A DNA stretch of 32,000 bases from contig NZ_JAYKGW010000058.1 in NCBI RefSeq assembly GCF_035285525.1, positions 1 to 32,000 of the forward strand, read 5' to 3'. Below are positions 26,986 to 32,000 of this stretch, piece by piece. Source of the stretch: Okeania sp. (GTDB taxonomy: Bacteria > Cyanobacteriota > Cyanobacteriia > Cyanobacteriales > Microcoleaceae). Positions within the stretch are counted from its first letter, which is position 1, and the number at the start of each line of letters is the position of its first letter. The notes beneath the pieces are model-generated. The model searched no databases. It was not told where the DNA came from and saw only the letters and a list, made by a program, of their open reading frames with translations. Position numbers and translations under genes: made by a program.

Positions 26986-27981
26986 TTATATAACGCCTTG
27001 ACTGTTGAGCCAAAGTGTCAAAGTGCAAGTTATTAGCCAAGCAATTATTGTATATTGAATATGCTCATCGGAAAGTAACACTCGATCGGGAACTTCTGTC
27101 CTGTGGTTGACTGCCTTAACTTTTTCCGGCTTTTCCTGTAACTGATGAACCTTTACTGCGGAGTCACCTAAGAGCTGATATCGGAAGATACCGTACATGA
27201 CAAAGGGTAAGGTAATGCTCATCCAAGGAGTTGGTACTTCACAAAAATCAGAACTGCAATTCCAGCCAGAACTCCAAATAGCATAACTCATAACTGCTCC
27301 TGTTGCTACAATACTTTCCATACGATTGAGCAGTGGTAAAGAATATACTTTGAGAACCTCGCGGGTAATGACTTTTCCTTTGAGTTGCAAATTGTGTAAC
27401 TCTGCCTTGCGCTTCTCAATAGCTAAGAACAGAGCCAGCATTGCTATAAATATTAAAAACCATGGGGAGGGATATATATTAGTGACGATAAACCCAGCGC
27501 CAGCTCTTAAAACAAATCCACTAGCGATACAAGCAATATCCAATAGTGGCATTTCCTTAAGCTTTAAATTGTAGGCAACCTGAATCAGAGAGTAACAGGT
27601 TAGCACTGCTCCCAGGGATAAGCTGCAAAACCAGCTAAAACTCAGGGTTACTAATAGAAACAAACTGGCCATAGTTACAGCAATGGGTACACTGATATGT
27701 CCCGCTGCAATCGCCCGATTGCACTTAACTGGATGCTGACGATCTGACTCTAGATCTTTGACATCATTTAACAGGTAAAAACTGCTAGATACTATACAAA
27801 ATAGACAAAATGCTATGAGAGTAGAGGAAAAAGAATTAATATTTATCTGAAAAGCAAAAAGTGGTGCAGCGAAGACCAACAAATTTTTTGTCCACTGGTT
27901 CGGTCTTAATGCCATGAAATAAGTTTTCAATGTCCCATCTTTGATGGATAGACTATTATTACAAGTCATTTGTTCAACCAT
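26986..27981 (-). CDS. UbiA-superfamily prenyl-phosphate phosphoribosyltransferase (decaprenyl-phosphate 5-phosphoribosyltransferase-like)
   Basis: 331-aa polytopic ORF. The N-terminal ALRPNQWTKNLLVFAAPLFAF and the first Asp-rich motif with its extension, LLNDVKDLESDRQHPVKCNRAIAAG, match the NDxxDxxxDRxHPxKxxRPxAxG pattern I recall for Rv3806c-type enzymes. LDIACIASGFVLRAGAG and LAIEKRKAEL also fit. Confidence 0.85.
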   Translation of the reverse strand: MVEQMTCNNSLSIKDGTLKTYFMALRPNQWTKNLLVFAAPLFAFQININSFSSTLIAFCLFCIVSSSFYLLNDVKDLESDRQHPVKCNRAIAAGHISVPIAVTMASLFLLVTLSFSWFCSLSLGAVLTCYSLIQVAYNLKLKEMPLLDIACIASGFVLRAGAGFIVTNIYPSPWFLIFIAMLALFLAIEKRKAELHNLQLKGKVITREVLKVYSLPLLNRMESIVATGAVMSYAIWSSGWNCSSDFCEVPTPWMSITLPFVMYGIFRYQLLGDSAVKVHQLQEKPEKVKAVNHRTEVPDRVLLSDEHIQYTIIAWLITCTLTLWLNSQGVI

Positions 27982-28665
27982 ACAATAAATCTAGTTTGAT
28001 ATCGAAACAAATAATAAACCAATAATAATTAAATCATAATTACATTGATATTCTTTTCACCTTTCTGGCTTTTTGCATATAATAGCAGAAAACAGGGGGC
28101 AGAAGTAAATATTTATGCTTAATATTTTCTTGAGAATCTGACGAATGAGAAAGTTAAATAAAGATAATTCTTACAGTATAAATATTTATATATACTAATA
28201 GGACTTACGCATTCACGCTATTAGTAGTAGTACGTCAAGGTTGAAAATGTGAGTTAAAAACCTAACCCCCCCCTGCAACGGAAGCTATGCTTTATAAACA
28301 TCTTTATTTTCTTAACATAAAACTTGACAAGTTATGAGTAAATATTAATTCGGCTTTTTTGAAAATAAAGTATAAAAAAGTACATTTTTTTTGCAATTAC
28401 TTAAGTATTTGTATTTAGCTACTATGATTGTTTCTCCTTTCTCCACTGCTCTCTTCTCCCCGTCTCCCCACAAAAGTTTCAGGATTTCCTGGTAATGGAT
28501 AGGCAAGGGAAGGGAGAGAAATATAGCGCTGCACGCAGGCAACAGGCAACAGGCAACAGGGAAGAGGGAGAATAAATTGCTTATAATATAAGGCTTTTAG
28601 CTATTGGAAACCTCCTGCAAGTTGTAAAGCGTAAAGTGCGCACATTGCTATATTTTTCTTGTCGC

Positions 28666-31398
28666 TTATGCTCTCAGGATGAAATCATTCTCACTAATAG
28701 ATGCAGTATTAGTGAGATTAGCAAATTCACTACCGCTACCAAATTCTGCTTCTGTTCCATTAGGATTGTAGAATAACTTCCCGTTACTGCTGTTGTAAAC
28801 AATAACTCCTGAAGAAGTTTCGGCATCAGCATCAGTCGTAACTATGGCAAATTCACCATTGATACTGAAACCTCTTCCTGAGTCACTGGTAATAGCAGTA
28901 AATGTAGTTTTGTCAAGTATAATTCTATCTTTTTCTGGCAGAAAATCACTGATGGTATCTATTCCCACATCTTCTTGAGCAAATTCTTGATTAGTATTGA
29001 AAATAAAACTGTCAATACCCCCTCCACCAATGAGAGTATCGTCACCAGCACCACCGTTAAAGCGATCGCGACCTTGACCACCAATCAGAGAGTCGTCACC
29101 ATTACCACCAAAGAGGCGATCGCTACCCTGACGACCTTGGAGGGTATCATTTCCGTTTTTGCCAAACAGGAAGTCATTACCTCGATTACCTATAATTTGG
29201 TCATCACCACCACTACCATTGATAGTGTCATTACCTGCTAAACCTTTAATAGTGTTATTTTCATTTGTACCATTCAGACGATCGCTTTTAGGAGTACCAG
29301 TGATATTTGGTGAAATTTGTAATTCTACTGCACCAATATCAACCCCTTCTCCTACAAACCGTGGTTCCCCTCTTTGGTCTGTCGTCAGTGAGTTCGGATT
29401 ACTACCTGCATCAATGGCGGGACTATTGGGGAAAGGTAAGTAAGTTAACGTGAGACCACCATTGTCACTAAGGTCTCCAAGTAGAGGATCGGTGATACCT
29501 GTTTTGTCGCTATCATCGTCAAAAATATCAATAGCGTTACCTGTACCAATTAGATTATTGCCACCACTAACAACAGTGTTATTATTTCCTCTAGAGTCAA
29601 AATCAGTGCTAGAATTACCAGAGACAATACTAGAGGTAACAGTAGTATTGGGGTTGAATTCTAACTCATTAATAACTTTAGTCAGAATACCACTTCCTTG
29701 ATTTGGTTGACCTCCATTACCAGTAATCGTACTATTACTGATGCTAGCTGTTCCAGCATTATATATACCACCACCATGGTTAGATATACCTCCGCTAAAA
29801 GTGCTATTACTAATATTTGTTGTACCTGTGTTGTAGACACCGCCACCACGATTCGCTGAATTCGTACTAAAAGTGCTATTGATAACATCTGTTTGACCTG
29901 AGTTCCTGATACCACCACCTGCTAAAAATGTAACATTTCCACTAAAAGTGGTGTTAGTGATAATAGCTTCGCCTGAGTTATTAATTCCACCACCATTATA
30001 AGCATAATTACCACTAATATCGCTATTATTAATGCTAGCAGTACCTGTGTTAAAGATACCACCACCATCACTTGTATCTGCTGAATTACCACTAATAGTG
30101 CTGTCGCTAATATTAACTGTACCTGAATTGAAGATACCACCGCCATTACTCCCAGCTGTACCTAGTGAATTTCCAGTAACATTACTGTTATTCAAAGTGA
30201 CTATACCTGAATTCGAGATACCAGCACCGGTTATATCTGCTGAGTTTCCACTAATAGTGCTATCTTTGAGATTAACTGTACCTGTGTTTTGAATACCTCC
30301 ACCAAGACTATTACCAAAATTATCACTAATAGTGCTATTGTTCAGATTGACTGTACCTGTGTTTTGAATACCTCCACCATAAAATGCTGAATTTCCACTA
30401 ATAGTGCTCTTGGTAATATTCGTTGTACCTGTGTTGTTAATCCCTCCACCACCATTTAAGAAATTCTCTAAATTTCCACTAATAGTGCTGTTATTGAGAG
30501 TAAGTGTACCTGAGTTGAAGATACCACCACCAGAATCATTTGTTACAAAACCACCTGTAACTTCGGCATTTTGCAACTCTAGATTTGCATTCTCCAAAAC
30601 ATGAAATACTCGATCGCCTAATCCTTCTATACCTCCAGCATCAATAACTGTTTTTTCAACTCCGTCAGAAATAATTGTTGTTTCTCCACTTCCTGCTACA
30701 ATATCTAAATCTCCCGTTGCAGCAGCATCTTCATCACTTCCTGAGATAGTCAGATTATACGTTGCTCCTGCTGTCAGTTGAATAGTATCATCTTCTGGGG
30801 TACTGTTTGCTTTAATTATTGCTTCCCGCAGAGAAGTAACTCCATCACTATCATCTACTATATCTTCAGTAGTATTTACCACAATATCTGCCAACACTCC
30901 TGCATAACTCGCCCTAATTTCTGGAGTAAATGCTAACGCTGACTTGAATTTACCGAATATTACTTCTAAATTCCAATTACCACCTCTGTTAATATTTCCT
31001 GTCAGGGTTTCCGAGGCAGCAATATTTGCTCCGGTGAGTTGATGCAGTTGTCGGACAAATTTTTTACCTTCTTTACCACTTGCTACCTGACAACCATAAA
31101 TTAATATTTCCCCATCAGCAGACAAACATTTACCCCACTGCTGCATACTTTCGACGTATAAATGAATATTGTCATTTTTCAGGATACTATTTCCCAGATA
31201 CAAAGTACCTTTTGCTCCATGAGAAATAATATGAACTGTTTCCAGATTATGGCATTCACCCAAACTTTTAGATATTTGTTCTATACCATTTTGATTGGGT
31301 TGTAGAATAACTACTTCTGTCTGAGAATCAACCTGTGAGATGAGGTGACTGTAATTTTCTACCTGGGAGTCGATGAATAATAATTTGGTTTTGTGCAT
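28666..31398 (-). CDS. Large secreted protein: DUF4347 N-domain + parallel beta-helix (Pmp / choice-of-anchor-Q-like) repeats + RTX calcium-binding repeats
   Basis: The N-terminus MHKTKLLFIDSQVENYSHL...HIISHGAKGTLYLG fits DUF4347. About 12 repeats of the GGGIxNxGTxxxxNSTISGN type follow, then DQRGEPRFVGEGVDIGAVE. The GGxGxD nonapeptides are GNDTINGSGGDDQIIGNRGNDFLFGKNGNDTLQGRQGSDRLFGGNGDDSLIGGQGRDRFNGGAGDDTLIGGGGID. I place the start at the internal Met (ATG at 31398) because the 19 upstream codons coincide with the non-coding leader element shared with the GT2 gene. Confidence 0.88.
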   Translation of the reverse strand: MHKTKLLFIDSQVENYSHLISQVDSQTEVVILQPNQNGIEQISKSLGECHNLETVHIISHGAKGTLYLGNSILKNDNIHLYVESMQQWGKCLSADGEILIYGCQVASGKEGKKFVRQLHQLTGANIAASETLTGNINRGGNWNLEVIFGKFKSALAFTPEIRASYAGVLADIVVNTTEDIVDDSDGVTSLREAIIKANSTPEDDTIQLTAGATYNLTISGSDEDAAATGDLDIVAGSGETTIISDGVEKTVIDAGGIEGLGDRVFHVLENANLELQNAEVTGGFVTNDSGGGIFNSGTLTLNNSTISGNLENFLNGGGGINNTGTTNITKSTISGNSAFYGGGIQNTGTVNLNNSTISDNFGNSLGGGIQNTGTVNLKDSTISGNSADITGAGISNSGIVTLNNSNVTGNSLGTAGSNGGGIFNSGTVNISDSTISGNSADTSDGGGIFNTGTASINNSDISGNYAYNGGGINNSGEAIITNTTFSGNVTFLAGGGIRNSGQTDVINSTFSTNSANRGGGVYNTGTTNISNSTFSGGISNHGGGIYNAGTASISNSTITGNGGQPNQGSGILTKVINELEFNPNTTVTSSIVSGNSSTDFDSRGNNNTVVSGGNNLIGTGNAIDIFDDDSDKTGITDPLLGDLSDNGGLTLTYLPFPNSPAIDAGSNPNSLTTDQRGEPRFVGEGVDIGAVELQISPNITGTPKSDRLNGTNENNTIKGLAGNDTINGSGGDDQIIGNRGNDFLFGKNGNDTLQGRQGSDRLFGGNGDDSLIGGQGRDRFNGGAGDDTLIGGGGIDSFIFNTNQEFAQEDVGIDTISDFLPEKDRIILDKTTFTAITSDSGRGFSINGEFAIVTTDADAETSSGVIVYNSSNGKLFYNPNGTEAEFGSGSEFANLTNTASISENDFILRA

Positions 31399-31437
31399 AA
31401 TTTTAGAAGGGTTTTCAAGTGTAGGAAAAATTAAAAT
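31399..31437 (-). promoter_or_regulatory. Conserved leader element upstream of the DUF4347-RTX gene (paralogue of 17200-17240)
   Basis: Same sequence and same 6-nt spacing to the ATG as the element upstream of the GT2 gene. Confidence 0.5.
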
Positions 31438-31461
31438 TAGCAAGTATTCTAGCATTAATAC

Positions 31462-31554
31462 AGGACTTACGCAAGTGCAACGTATTTTCGTCCGATACGA
31501 CGGTCGGTAAGCAATCTCAAAGCCCTGTTTTTCCTACCTCATGGCTTTAGTCCT
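31462..31554. mobile_element. MITE-like element (AGGACTTACGCA...GGCTTTAGTCCT), subfamily of 7907-8037
   Basis: Termini and the internal GCAATCTCAAAGCC...CCTCATGG are shared with 7907-8037. It sits 64 nt upstream of the RTX ATG. Confidence 0.6.
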
Positions 31555-31641
31555 ATAATATTTAGCAGTACGCTGAAAACTTTAAAAATTTTTTACAGGA
31601 GGTTCATAAATCTTCCGTATCTAACTCTTAACTACTACCTA

Positions 31642-31869
31642 CTATAACTGAATATTTACCTTTAAAAAAGATAGTTCACGTTGGTTATTGACACAATCTT
31701 GAAGATATCAATCAATTAATTCTTGATAGCAAATTCCTTTTTCTTGGGCTTTTTTCTCAAAATATTCTATTACTTCATTTCCTAAAGATAAACTCACTTG
31801 TTGCTTTAGTTTTTTTGCATAAGGATTAGGACGACTTTTCATTTTAGTTAGATCATATTCTGGCTGCAT
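31642..31869 (-). pseudogene. BrnA-like (CopG/RHH-type) antitoxin with an in-frame TGA at codon 54
   Basis: MQPEYDLTKMKSRPNPYAKKLKQQVSLSLGNEVIEYFEKKAQEKGICYQELID-TGA-YLQDCVNNQRELSFLKVNIQL-TAG. The pattern EYD..K..RPNPYAK.LK..V...L....I.YF...A...G..YQ.LI...L.DC matches BrnA-family antitoxins as I recall them. The stop is at 31708-31710. Confidence 0.6.
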
Positions 31870-32000
31870 ACTTTTATCCTCGATATTGATTCAGACAATT
31901 GGATATTTCCTGGATATTACAGCACTTTTTAAATGGATAAACCACAATGTTCAAACCAAAATCCAGTAGGGACGTTAGCATTTTTGTTATGCAACGTCCC

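Noticed and set aside
28975-30604. Multiple plus- and minus-strand ORFs of 66-94 aa overlapping the RTX/beta-helix gene
   Set aside because: They are repeat-driven open frames within a long, well-supported CDS, and their T/V/I/P-rich translations carry no motifs.

Overview
AT-rich chromosomal segment with the hallmarks of a heterocyst-forming (Nostocales-type) cyanobacterium. It has 12 exact HIP1 octamers (GCGATCGC), many 7-, 8- and 9-nt STRR-like tandem arrays, several hairpin repeat families, and at least 12 MITE-like elements with AGGACTTACGCA...TGCGTAAGTCCT termini. I accept about 20 intact CDS. 1-17.2 kb is mostly housekeeping: argF, dusB, a TerB-like membrane protein, an M48 peptidase, a DUF4359-like protein, a PEP-CTERM protein, queF, speH, a pentapeptide-repeat protein, hrcA, a rhodanese and a GtrB/ArnC-like GT2. 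17.4-21.6 kb is a decayed accessory island. It holds a small 2-TM gene and two AAA-like (pfam14516-type) NTPase genes, all broken only by in-frame stop codons, plus a degenerate IS and a toxin-antitoxin fragment. 21.9-31.5 kb is the most interesting part. A minus-strand cluster encodes a decaprenyl-phosphate phosphoribosyltransferase-like UbiA enzyme, a small membrane protein, a GMC flavoenzyme and two extended SDRs. I read this as a possible lipid-linked pentose donor pathway with a non-orthologous epimerase module. Next to it lies a 911-aa DUF4347 / beta-helix / RTX secreted protein. That gene shares a ~30-nt leader element, at identical spacing from its ATG, with the distant GT2 gene. I found no tRNA, rRNA, CRISPR array or complete canonical defence system. 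All functional calls come from motifs recognised by eye and need HMM or BLAST confirmation.
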